Source of the DNA: a virus
Direction: 5' to 3' (one strand)
IMG/VR virus record: IMGVR_UViG_3300038607_000022
Length of the DNA: 39,122 bases
Part shown: positions 1 to 7,617 of the stretch, piece after piece
Layout of the letters: the number at the start of each line of letters is the position of its first letter
Position numbering within the stretch: position 1 is the stretch's first letter
Position numbers and translations under genes: made by a program
Notes under the pieces: model-generated
Seen by the model: only the letters and a program-made list of their open reading frames with translations
Database searches by the model: none
Told to the model about the DNA's origin: nothing

Positions 1-37
1 ACGGAGCGCTTGCGTCTCCGTTAATGAGGGTTATGAA
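1..37 (+). promoter_or_regulatory. Conserved hairpin-plus-tail element, copy 1 (same bases as 38996-39032)
   Basis: ACGGAG-CGCTTGCGT-CTCCGT hairpin followed by TAATGAGGGTTATGAA. A paralogous copy lies on the minus strand at 30040-30076 with compensatory stem changes. Confidence 0.5.
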
Positions 38-127
38 CTCATCGGAGCAGTTAAATAGAGTTTATGTAGTAATATAAATCTAAAGCTTAACTAGAGATAA
101 GAAAATGAAAACAATACAAGATACAGA
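1..127. repeat. Terminal direct repeat, identical to 38996-39122 (circular closure or assembly overlap)
   Basis: Base-by-base identity of the first and last 127 nt. The ORF starting at 105 begins inside the repeat and continues after it. Confidence 0.95.
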
Positions 128-269
128 AAACCTAAAACGCGCAGCTATCGAGGCCGCATTAAATACACTGGAAAGTCAAAAAGACTTTTTACTTAAAACT
201 CCTGAATACCGTGAACGTATTTACGGACTAGACTATGAGTTAAGCGAGCATATGAGCGCGAGGTCGTAA
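105..269 (+). CDS. Hypothetical protein (54 aa), below the ORF-track size cutoff
   Basis: ATG at 105, TAA at 267-269, 55 codons read by hand. Purine-rich stretch upstream. Stop lies 2 nt before the next ATG. Confidence 0.5.
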   Translation: MKTIQDTENLKRAAIEAALNTLESQKDFLLKTPEYRERIYGLDYELSEHMSARS

Positions 270-271
270 AG

Positions 272-604
272 ATGTTAGATCAAGGGCAAAGGTTGTTAAT
301 AAATTTAAACGGTAAAAAGCTTGGTGTTTTATTTTCATTCCCTAGTTCTATAGAGGGTTTGCGTGAACACTATTCGGAATGTAAAGCCGAGATAAAAAGC
401 TCAACCGAAAAACTAAACTCTACAAACTGGGATTTGTCCGATACTGGCGATTTAAGCTTATTAGAAATCCTACTTAGAAACGTTCGATTGGTACAGGCTC
501 ATATGAAAGATGTGGAGTATCACGCGAAGTTACTTAAAGGTGATATAGAGCCCAAGAAAGTTAACGTTGTAACCCCAGGTCAACTAGGCGATAAATTAGA
601 TTAG
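272..604 (+). CDS. Hypothetical protein
   Basis: GAGG 8 nt upstream of the ATG. Tightly packed with same-strand neighbours. Confidence 0.7.
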   Translation: MLDQGQRLLINLNGKKLGVLFSFPSSIEGLREHYSECKAEIKSSTEKLNSTNWDLSDTGDLSLLEILLRNVRLVQAHMKDVEYHAKLLKGDIEPKKVNVVTPGQLGDKLD

Positions 605-615
605 CAGAGGTTAAA

Positions 616-1179
616 ATGACAAGTAAAACACCGCTGGTTTATACCGCAATGAATAATGTAAGTGATGCGCTTAGTGTTGGTATTGCCAAGAATAGCCAAA
701 ACCAACAGCAACGATATAAGTTCCGAGGTATAGACGATGTACTAAATCATTTATCGCCGCAGCTAGCTAAAAACAAACTGGTTATCACGCCGACAGCAAA
801 AGAGCGGACGGTAACAGAAAGGAGCACAAAAAATGGCGGCATTTTGTTTTATGTAACATTGCTTATCGATTACGTTTTTACGTCAGTCGAGGATGGTAGC
901 CAGCACGTTGTGACAGTTTATGGCGAGGCTATGGATAGCGCAGATAAAGCGACAAACAAGGCGTTATCAGCTGCTTATAAGTACGCTATGATACAGGCTT
1001 TTTGCATTCCAGTTGAAGGTATGCATGACGCCGACAGTGTAACGCTTGAGGTCTCAGGGCGTAACGCGCCGGACGCCAACGCGCAATCATGGATAGATGC
1101 TATAAATAACGGACAAACAACACTTCAAGAAATATCGGACGAGCAATATAGGAATTATATTTCTCAGTACGTAAAATAA
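616..1179 (+). CDS. erf: Erf-family single-strand annealing protein
   Basis: YKFRGIDDV and GEAMDSADKATNKALSAAYKYAMIQAFCIP resemble the Erf signature. AGAGG RBS. Sits next to ssb. Confidence 0.8.
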   Translation: MTSKTPLVYTAMNNVSDALSVGIAKNSQNQQQRYKFRGIDDVLNHLSPQLAKNKLVITPTAKERTVTERSTKNGGILFYVTLLIDYVFTSVEDGSQHVVTVYGEAMDSADKATNKALSAAYKYAMIQAFCIPVEGMHDADSVTLEVSGRNAPDANAQSWIDAINNGQTTLQEISDEQYRNYISQYVK

Positions 1180-1226
1180 AATCAGATACAAAACTAAACT
1201 TAAACAACTGAAAGAGAGTAAAGAAA

Positions 1227-1739
1227 ATGAGTGTAAATAAAGTTCTTCTTCTGGGAAATGTAGGTAAAGACCCAGAGATTAGATATTCAAATGACGGAAC
1301 AGCTTTCGCCAATTTAACACTGGCAACATCTGAGAAATGGAAAGATAAACAAACGGGTGAGCAGAAGGAAAAAACAGAGTGGTCAAACCTTGTTTTTTCT
1401 GGTCGATTAGCTGAGGTTGTTGGTCAGTATGTAAAAAAAGGCTCTAAACTTTATGTTGAGGGCAAATTGAATACGCGCAAATGGCAAGACCAGCAAGGTC
1501 AAGACCGATACACCACAGAGATTAAGGTTTTAAGCATGGAGATGCTAGATAGCAAGCCTGCGAACCAAGGAACGCAACAGCCTGTTAATCAAGCCTTCCA
1601 ACAACCACAACAACAAGGCGGCTTTAACCAGTCGCCACAGCAGCACACAGGCGTTAATCAGGTGCAACAATCACCGCAACAATGGCAGCAACAGCAAGCG
1701 GGATTTCAAGGAGGTCAACAGCAGATGCCGGGAAAGTAA
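1227..1739 (+). CDS. ssb: Single-stranded DNA-binding protein, zero-frame product lacking the acidic tip
   Basis: OB-fold N-terminus ([16 protein letters not shown]...[15 protein letters not shown]...[10 protein letters not shown]) and a Q/G/P-rich linker. Ends PGK-stop without the usual DDDIPF tail. Confidence 0.9.
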   Translation: MSVNKVLLLGNVGKDPEIRYSNDGTAFANLTLATSEKWKDKQTGEQKEKTEWSNLVFSGRLAEVVGQYVKKGSKLYVEGKLNTRKWQDQQGQDRYTTEIKVLSMEMLDSKPANQGTQQPVNQAFQQPQQQGGFNQSPQQHTGVNQVQQSPQQWQQQQAGFQGGQQQMPGK

Positions 1740-1789
1740 ACCCGCAAGAGCCGTCAATTGATTTTGATAATTCAGACATTCCGTTCTGA
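1730..1789 (+). other. ssb: -1 frame extension of ssb encoding the canonical SSB C-terminal tip
   Basis: Slippery G_GGA_AAG at 1730-1736. The -1 frame reads [19 protein letters not shown] then stop at 1787-1789. AAGGAGGT lies at 1708-1715. Confidence 0.65.
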
Positions 1790-1913
1790 GGAATAGTATC
1801 GCCGCTCTATATGGGCGGCAATAACACGTATCTAATGCGCAAGCTCGCGCAGTCGCATTTAGGAAGGGTTATTTACTCAACTAAAATAAATACGAAATAA
1901 TTGCATTTTATAC

Positions 1914-1941
1914 TTGATTATATGAAATAGTTGCGTATAAT
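1914..1941 (+). promoter_or_regulatory. Sigma70-type promoter (TTGATT-N16-TATAAT)
   Basis: Hexamers at 1914-1919 and 1936-1941, in the 200-nt gap after ssb and ahead of the 1987 gene block. Confidence 0.55.
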
Positions 1942-1986
1942 GAGTATCAAGAGTTGAGAAACAAACCAAACAAAAGAGAGAATATT

Positions 1987-2175
1987 ATGTTAGAACTTAA
2001 ATTAAAATGGGAAAACTTAATCAAAGCTGAAACGGGTGCTAATGCAAAAGTTAACTTAGTTGGTGAAGATAAGATTCAAGTGTTAGTTTCTGGTGATAAG
2101 GTTTTTGATGTTTACAATTTATTCTTTGGTAAGAATATTGAAATCCTAGAAGATGGCTTGTTAGTGGCGCTATAA
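1987..2175 (+). CDS. Hypothetical protein (62 aa)
   Basis: ORF track starts at TTG 1954. ATG 1987 is preferred because of the AGAGAG purine tract upstream and because it lies downstream of the predicted promoter. Confidence 0.6.
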   Translation: MLELKLKWENLIKAETGANAKVNLVGEDKIQVLVSGDKVFDVYNLFFGKNIEILEDGLLVAL

Positions 2176-2195
2176 GCGCCAAAGGAGTAAATGAA

Positions 2196-2396
2196 ATGGG
2201 TGAGTATTTTAATTATATAGAGCTTGGTGGAAAATATTATTTAGAGTATCAAGGCGAGTTCACAGGTTGGCAGCAAAGAGTAACCGAGCTAACAAGCGAT
2301 CAATTTGATAGATTTTCTGATTTCATGTGTAAGCAACATGAAGATAAAAACAAGTTTTTAAAAGGGTTAGTAAATGAAAATTGTAGCGACAGTTAA
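2196..2396 (+). CDS. Hypothetical protein
   Basis: GGAG at 2184-2187, 8 nt before the ATG. Confidence 0.65.
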   Translation: MGEYFNYIELGGKYYLEYQGEFTGWQQRVTELTSDQFDRFSDFMCKQHEDKNKFLKGLVNENCSDS

Positions 2397-2568
2397 GTTT
2401 ATATGGGAAAACAGCCCAAACCCTGATCATTGGGTTATGAAGTTTGAGTCTAGGGTTTTTGATTGCGGGAGAAGTTTAAGCGATGTTCTTTCGTGGGCTA
2501 GAACTTATGATAAGTCGTTTACTTTTTCAGATATTGTTATAAGTGAATACACTGGGGCGTCAATATGA
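2374..2568 (+). CDS. Hypothetical protein
   Basis: Same-strand ORF overlapping both neighbours in an operon-like chain. Confidence 0.55.
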   Translation: MKIVATVKFIWENSPNPDHWVMKFESRVFDCGRSLSDVLSWARTYDKSFTFSDIVISEYTGASI

Positions 2569-2786
2569 ATCCATTTACGGCGGCGAATAACGGAGATTCT
2601 TACTGGTGGCAAAATCAAAGGAAAGATTTATATTCGGCTTTTGAAAAATCAAAAAGAACAGAAACAATAGAGGCTGCGGCGTTTGAGTATTTAGGAAGAG
2701 AGCCAAAGGTTGGAGATGTGGTTTCTATATGGGTTCACTCTGGCATTATGAATAAGTCTTTCTTAAAAACATTTGAGGTAAATTAA
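2565..2786 (+). CDS. Hypothetical protein
   Basis: ATGA start/stop overlap with the upstream ORF. Confidence 0.6.
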   Translation: MNPFTAANNGDSYWWQNQRKDLYSAFEKSKRTETIEAAAFEYLGREPKVGDVVSIWVHSGIMNKSFLKTFEVN

Positions 2787-2788
2787 AT

Positions 2789-3007
2789 ATGGTAAAAGGT
2801 ATATGGATAAGTGTAGATCATGACTTACCAATAAATGAGCTTGACGAGCATGATGGCAATGTAATCGGTGTTATTGCACCTCATGGCGATTTAAATGATG
2901 CCAGTGTTGAACTGGTTCATTTTGACGGTGAAGAATGGTACGACAAAGGCGCGAGAACTTGCACAGTTACACACTGGATGCCAATAAGCATAGAGTATTT
3001 GAAATGA
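2789..3007 (+). CDS. Hypothetical protein, DUF551-like
   Basis: The C-terminal ...VTHWMPI... pattern and the size recall DUF551 phage proteins. Recognised by eye only. Confidence 0.5.
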   Translation: MVKGIWISVDHDLPINELDEHDGNVIGVIAPHGDLNDASVELVHFDGEEWYDKGARTCTVTHWMPISIEYLK

Positions 3008-3180
3008 CAGCATCACAACAAGCAAAAGCTAATGGGCTTAACTCTCTTCGGCAAATGGCAGAGCTAACAGGCGTAAAAGAGCGCACTTTAATCAATTGGC
3101 ACAAAGATAGGCCGCTATTATTTAAAGTTATTTTAACTGGATTAGCCGCTGAGCTTGGTTATGATTACAATAGTAACTAA
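3004..3180 (+). CDS. Small helix-turn-helix protein (58 aa)
   Basis: ATG 3004 overlaps the upstream stop (ATGA). SLRQMAELTGVKERTLINWHK looks like an HTH. The longer ORF-track start at 2935 lies inside the upstream gene. Confidence 0.55.
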   Translation: MTASQQAKANGLNSLRQMAELTGVKERTLINWHKDRPLLFKVILTGLAAELGYDYNSN

Positions 3181-3196
3181 TTTAGAGGCTTTGAAG

Positions 3197-3580
3197 ATGA
3201 AAAAAGAAATAATCATACACTGTAGCGCAACGCCCAATGGAAGGCCGCACACAGCAGAAGATATTCATCGATGGCATACGGAGCGCGGCTGGTCTGGTAT
3301 TGGTTATCACAAAGTTATCCGAACAAGCGGTATTGTTGACGATGGAAGGCCAGAATATTGGCAAGGCGCACACGCCAAAGGTCATAATAAAAACTCTATT
3401 GGTATCTGTTTGATTGGTACAGATGAGTTTTCAAGCGCTCAGTGGTCGTCTTTAAAAGCATTAATTGAATGTTACAAAGAAGTTTACCCGGGCTGTAAAA
3501 TAATTGGCCACAACGAAGTAAGCGACAAAAAGTGTCCGGGCTTTGATGTTCAAGAGTGGCTTAAGCGGGAGCAAATATAA
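3197..3580 (+). CDS. N-acetylmuramoyl-L-alanine amidase endolysin (Amidase_2, T7-lysozyme-like)
   Basis: IIIHCSATP, GWSGIGYH, AHAKGHNKNSIGICLIG and HNEVSDKKCPGFDV motifs. GAGG 8 nt upstream of ATG 3197. Confidence 0.85.
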   Translation: MKKEIIIHCSATPNGRPHTAEDIHRWHTERGWSGIGYHKVIRTSGIVDDGRPEYWQGAHAKGHNKNSIGICLIGTDEFSSAQWSSLKALIECYKEVYPGCKIIGHNEVSDKKCPGFDVQEWLKREQI

Positions 3581-4077
3581 TGAGTTGGAAAAAAACTTTA
3601 AGCGCTATTGCGCCGACACTGGCAACCGCTTTAGGTGGCCCTATTGCAGGAACTGCCGCTAAATTTATATCTGATAAGTTTCTAGGCGGTGAAAGTGTTA
3701 GTGAAACTGATATTGAGCAGTTTGTTTTAAACGCTAATCCAGAGCAGTTATCTGAAATAAAGAAAGCCGACCATGAATTTAAGTTGCAAATGGAAAAGCT
3801 CGGCGTAGATGTTTTCGCGCTTGAAGTTAAGGATAAGGAAAGCGCTAGAGAGCATAACAAGCAATCGTCTATGCCAGCGGTTTTGTCTGTGTCGCTAACT
3901 GTTGTCATAGGGCTGTTGCTGTATGCTTTGTTTTATATCGAGCCGCCACAAGGCGCTAAGGAGCCATTGCTAATAGTTTTAGGGATGGTTGTAAAAGAAT
4001 GGTCAAACGCTATGCACTTTTGGTTTGGCACAACTAGATCAAGCCAAGACAAAACAAAGCTTATCAAGTATAATTAA
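3580..4077 (+). CDS. Putative holin (3-TM, GTA-type holin-like)
   Basis: Start overlaps the endolysin stop. MSW...GGPIAG N-terminus, central charged helix and C-terminal hydrophobic segments resemble the 3TM holin family. Confidence 0.55.
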   Translation: MSWKKTLSAIAPTLATALGGPIAGTAAKFISDKFLGGESVSETDIEQFVLNANPEQLSEIKKADHEFKLQMEKLGVDVFALEVKDKESAREHNKQSSMPAVLSVSLTVVIGLLLYALFYIEPPQGAKEPLLIVLGMVVKEWSNAMHFWFGTTRSSQDKTKLIKYN

Positions 4078-4177
4078 CTAACCATTAACAAAGAGAGGTA
4101 AATAGTATGACATCAGGTGACGGCAAGAAGCGCACACAGAACAACGAAGAAGAAAAAGAGCAAGAGTAGCTTTCTTC

Positions 4178-4642
4178 ATGTTCGACGCAAAAACAACTAT
4201 ATGCATAATTTTGTTTTGCATGTTGTTTGTAAGAAAAACCCGCAAGGAGTGTTTTATTCTGCTTTGCGGGTATTTTTTATACACATATTTTATTAAAGAC
4301 CTTAGCGCCAATTTTTATTATTCCATTACTGCGCTGCTTAATTTACTTATAGGCCTAGCTGTTTTTCGGCTTAACTTACTTGTCTCGGCATGCTCTTATA
4401 GTCTAGTCTTAGTCAACGTTTATGGCTATTGGCTTTGGTACAGTTATCAAGAACCTACATTGTATGATAATATATCCCTAACAATACTAACAACTCAACT
4501 GGCGCTTATAGTGCAGAAAGGCTTGCTAGATGGAATTGGAAACAATAGCAAACATAATGTGGCTGAGCCTTTTGGCGCTTTTGGCTTTCAACAGAATATT
4601 AAAATGCGTAAGAACCGCAAAGCTAAAGAAGATAATCAATGA
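4178..4642 (+). CDS. Multi-pass membrane protein, function unknown (start uncertain)
   Basis: Four to five hydrophobic segments and a basic C-terminal tail. Located inside the lysis cassette. No clear RBS. Confidence 0.5.
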   Translation: MFDAKTTICIILFCMLFVRKTRKECFILLCGYFLYTYFIKDLSANFYYSITALLNLLIGLAVFRLNLLVSACSYSLVLVNVYGYWLWYSYQEPTLYDNISLTILTTQLALIVQKGLLDGIGNNSKHNVAEPFGAFGFQQNIKMRKNRKAKEDNQ

Positions 4643-4863
4643 AAGAAGAGTTAAGGCAAACGACAGAGGCGATAGCTAGTCACCCAAAAACTGCGGTGGC
4701 TGTAGCGGCTGGGGCTAACTTTAATTCGTGGTGGCTGAGTTGGGGTAGTCCGATTGTTGACGCCGTAACTTCTATTCTTGGTATAGTGCTTGTTAGCGTG
4801 TTGATACGATATCACTGGCAGAACACGAAAAAGATAATTAAAGAAAATAACCAGGAAAGTTAA
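4639..4863 (+). CDS. Small membrane protein (lysis-cassette associated)
   Basis: ATGA overlap with the upstream ORF. Two hydrophobic stretches and a charged C-terminus. Confidence 0.55.
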   Translation: MKEELRQTTEAIASHPKTAVAVAAGANFNSWWLSWGSPIVDAVTSILGIVLVSVLIRYHWQNTKKIIKENNQES

Positions 4864-4910
4864 GGTCACTCTATACGTATTAGACGAGATTTAATTTAAA
4901 TAGGCAAGTT

Positions 4911-5279
4911 ATGGCTGTTATAATCGTTAGCAACCAAAGCAACATAGCAAAGGGCGAAATAGTCACTATTGTTGAAGACTCTCACCAATTTACACATAAC
5001 GAGTGTATGGCTGAGTGGATAAGTAAAGGTAATTCACCACAAGCATGGTTTAGAACCTTTTCTCTTGTTAGAGTTGCAGATAAAACAAAAGCAGAGCTAG
5101 AGTATCTTACCGAGCCACTTTATAACAACGCTACAGCAGAGCGAGAAATTTTAAATATAAGAAAGTGGTTTTTTATCGAACCGCCAGAGCAATCCCCGCA
5201 TTACATCGACCTGTTAGACAGTGGCGAAGTTTCAACCATGTTTGAAGAGTGCCTTCCTTATCTTCGAGAGCGTACGTAA
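4911..5279 (+). CDS. Hypothetical protein
   Basis: Same-strand ORF whose stop overlaps the next start (TAATG). Confidence 0.6.
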   Translation: MAVIIVSNQSNIAKGEIVTIVEDSHQFTHNECMAEWISKGNSPQAWFRTFSLVRVADKTKAELEYLTEPLYNNATAEREILNIRKWFFIEPPEQSPHYIDLLDSGEVSTMFEECLPYLRERT

Positions 5280-6754
5280 TGCCCACGCAAATAACAAAAA
5301 CAGTTAAGCCTAGCGGCGGTGACTATTCGTTGCTCAGTACGGCATTAGCGGCTGTGCCTGTTGACTTAATAGCCGCAGACGAGCAGTGGACGATAGAGTG
5401 TTACACATTTGCTGGCGGCTTGGATGATAGTGTTAGCATTAGCGGGGATAATAACGCAGACTCAACAAGGTACTGGGAAGTGGTAGCAGCATCAGGACAC
5501 GAGTACGATTATGCAACTGGTGCAGGATTTAAGCTGGATTATCAGGCGCAGGCATCTGGAGGTACTTTTTTCGCATCAACTAACAGTGATGCATATTTTA
5601 AGCTGAAAAATATCGGCATATTTAGATCAACAGTTACGAGCCAAAAACCTTTGCAGACATCGGCTGATAATATTGAAATAACAGGTTGTACTATATGGAA
5701 TAATAGTGGATCTAGAGTTGTTATGGATTTAGGATTGGTTAATGACTCGACTATAAATAATAATTTAATTATACAAGCTGGTACATACGATTGCGTCAGG
5801 TTGGATAGAGTATTTTCTGGCACTTTATTTCAGAATAATACAATTATATCGCTGGGTGGTGGCGATGCGTTTGAGCCTGATACAACTACAGCAGGGGTGT
5901 TAAAGAATAACTTATATATTGGTGGCGGTGGTTTTAATTCAAACGGTAATATATGGGATTCAGCTAGTGATTATAACGCATCTCAAGACAATACAGCGGT
6001 CGGTGGTAATTCACTGCAAAACCGCACAACAGCAGATTTAGTTGATTACGCTGGGGGAGACTATAGAACAGCGGCAAGTAGCGCATTAGCTACAGCGGGC
6101 GAAGGCGGAACGTTTATCGGTTTTGCTTTAGAGAGTGGAGGCTCTGGCGAAACCATCGTTCTTGATAGCGGCTCTTACCTTCTCAGCGGTACAGATCTAA
6201 ATCTTATAGCATCGTTAAATATATCTACGACAACAGGCAGTTACACACTAACTGGCTCTGATGCGAATTTAATAGCGGCATATAAAGAAATTGCTAACAC
6301 TGGAAATTACACACTAACGGGAACAGATGTCACTTTAGTATACACTCCCAGCGGTGGTGGTGAGTCTATAACTCTAGATAGCGGAACCTATTCGATGGTA
6401 GGTCAAGACAAAACACTGTCCGCTAATTTTGTTCTTAATGCCCAAGCTGGTAGTTATCAGCTGTCAGGAACAAACACTCCAATTAAGTATAATGGTAGTA
6501 TTCATGTTGATAGCGGTTTTTATAGCTTAACTGGCAGTGATTTAAGTCTATATTCTAACTATGTTATAATTGCATCAACAGGTGATTACGAATTAACGGG
6601 TTCACCTGTAACGCTTAGGTATTCTGGTGATGTTTTTCAGAATATCGGCGCGGTCACTGCTGGGTTTGCTGATAGCGGCATATCGACAGCATTTAAACAG
6701 GACTCTGTAACAGCAGGGTACAAAGCAAATTCAATAACAGTGAGATTTAAATAA
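5279..6754 (+). CDS. Right-handed beta-helix (pectate-lyase-like) protein with a C-terminal array of about 22-aa repeats
   Basis: N-terminal VKPSGGDYSLLSTAL and N/G/T-rich rungs. Seven GxYxLxGxDxxL repeats at roughly 6150-6630. ATG 5279 overlaps the upstream stop. Confidence 0.6.
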   Translation: MPTQITKTVKPSGGDYSLLSTALAAVPVDLIAADEQWTIECYTFAGGLDDSVSISGDNNADSTRYWEVVAASGHEYDYATGAGFKLDYQAQASGGTFFASTNSDAYFKLKNIGIFRSTVTSQKPLQTSADNIEITGCTIWNNSGSRVVMDLGLVNDSTINNNLIIQAGTYDCVRLDRVFSGTLFQNNTIISLGGGDAFEPDTTTAGVLKNNLYIGGGGFNSNGNIWDSASDYNASQDNTAVGGNSLQNRTTADLVDYAGGDYRTAASSALATAGEGGTFIGFALESGGSGETIVLDSGSYLLSGTDLNLIASLNISTTTGSYTLTGSDANLIAAYKEIANTGNYTLTGTDVTLVYTPSGGGESITLDSGTYSMVGQDKTLSANFVLNAQAGSYQLSGTNTPIKYNGSIHVDSGFYSLTGSDLSLYSNYVIIASTGDYELTGSPVTLRYSGDVFQNIGAVTAGFADSGISTAFKQDSVTAGYKANSITVRFK

Positions 6755-7173
6755 TGGCAACATATCAAAAATACGATAACGCTATAGAAGATGTTTTTAA
6801 TAAACAGCATGACTTCGGCGCAGACGTGTTTAAGTACGCACTAACGAACACAGCACCAACACCAGCTACTGATAATGCACTAGCAGACGCTAACGAGATT
6901 TCAGCGGGTAATGGTTATACTGCTGGTGGTGAGGTAGTATCAATTACTAGTGCAACTCAAACAGGCGGCGTGCTTTCGGTTGTTCCGACTGGCGATGTTG
7001 TTTTTACTGCTAGCGGTGGCTCTATTGGGCCTTTTCGTTATGTAACATTTTATAATTCAACTCCCGCTGGTGGTAAATTAGTAAGTTATTATGACAGAGG
7101 CGCAAGCGTAACTCTTTTAGACACTGAAACGTTTACTATTGACGTTGGCGCAACTCTATTCACAGCAAGCTAA
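6754..7173 (+). CDS. Hypothetical protein, probably structural
   Basis: Start overlaps the upstream stop. A/G/T-rich, beta-type composition. Confidence 0.55.
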   Translation: MATYQKYDNAIEDVFNKQHDFGADVFKYALTNTAPTPATDNALADANEISAGNGYTAGGEVVSITSATQTGGVLSVVPTGDVVFTASGGSIGPFRYVTFYNSTPAGGKLVSYYDRGASVTLLDTETFTIDVGATLFTAS

Positions 7174-7188
7174 ATATAAAGGCAAAAC

Positions 7189-7617
7189 ATGGCAAACTTA
7201 ACTGCTAAGCAGGAAAAGTTCGCAAACGAAGTTGTTTTAAATGGTGGCGACAAAGTTGCGGCTTATAAATCCTCTGGATATAGCACTAACATGAAGTCAG
7301 ACGCAATAAGCGTCAAGGCTGATGAAGTGTATAACAACGGTAAAGTCTCGGTAAGAATAGCTGAGTTACAGAAGATAGCAGACGAAAAGGCCAAAGAGGT
7401 CTTTTCTATCAGTGTAGAGCAGCGCTTGAAGTGGTTAAACGAAGTTGCTAATGCGGGACTGTCGAAATACATAGATCCAGCCGGAAATGAGCGCAGAGAG
7501 AATCTAACTGCAGTTACCGGCGCAGTTAAAACAATGAATGAAATGCTAGGTGTTTCAGATTCTACCGGAGGCACTAAGCCCGTCAAAGTTATAGTTGGTG
7601 TGGTAGATGCCTCTTAA
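7189..7617 (+). CDS. terS: Terminase small subunit
   Basis: LTAKQEKFANEVVLNGGDKVAAYKSSGYS matches the Terminase_2 (P27-type) N-terminus. Lies immediately upstream of TerL. Confidence 0.8.
   Translation: MANLTAKQEKFANEVVLNGGDKVAAYKSSGYSTNMKSDAISVKADEVYNNGKVSVRIAELQKIADEKAKEVFSISVEQRLKWLNEVANAGLSKYIDPAGNERRENLTAVTGAVKTMNEMLGVSDSTGGTKPVKVIVGVVDAS

Noticed and set aside
33-77. 14-codon ORF starting at the ATG inside the hairpin-element tail (GAGGGTTATG)
   Set aside because: The second copy of the element has ATA instead of ATG, so the coding potential is not conserved. The TGAGGGTTAT 10-mer also occurs as an RBS context at 28861-28870.
1801-1859. Hairpins after ssb (GCCGC-N9-GCGGC at 1801-1819; TGCGC-N6-GCGCA at 1836-1851) as terminators
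   Set aside because: The stems are short and no T-run follows. They may help end the ssb transcript, but support is insufficient for a terminator call.
4107-4169. 20-aa ORF (MTSGDGKKRTQNNEEEKEQE) with a strong AAGAGAGG RBS between the holin and the membrane protein
   Set aside because: It is too short and too low in complexity to call. It may simply be a leader or spacer, so it is recorded only as a possibility.
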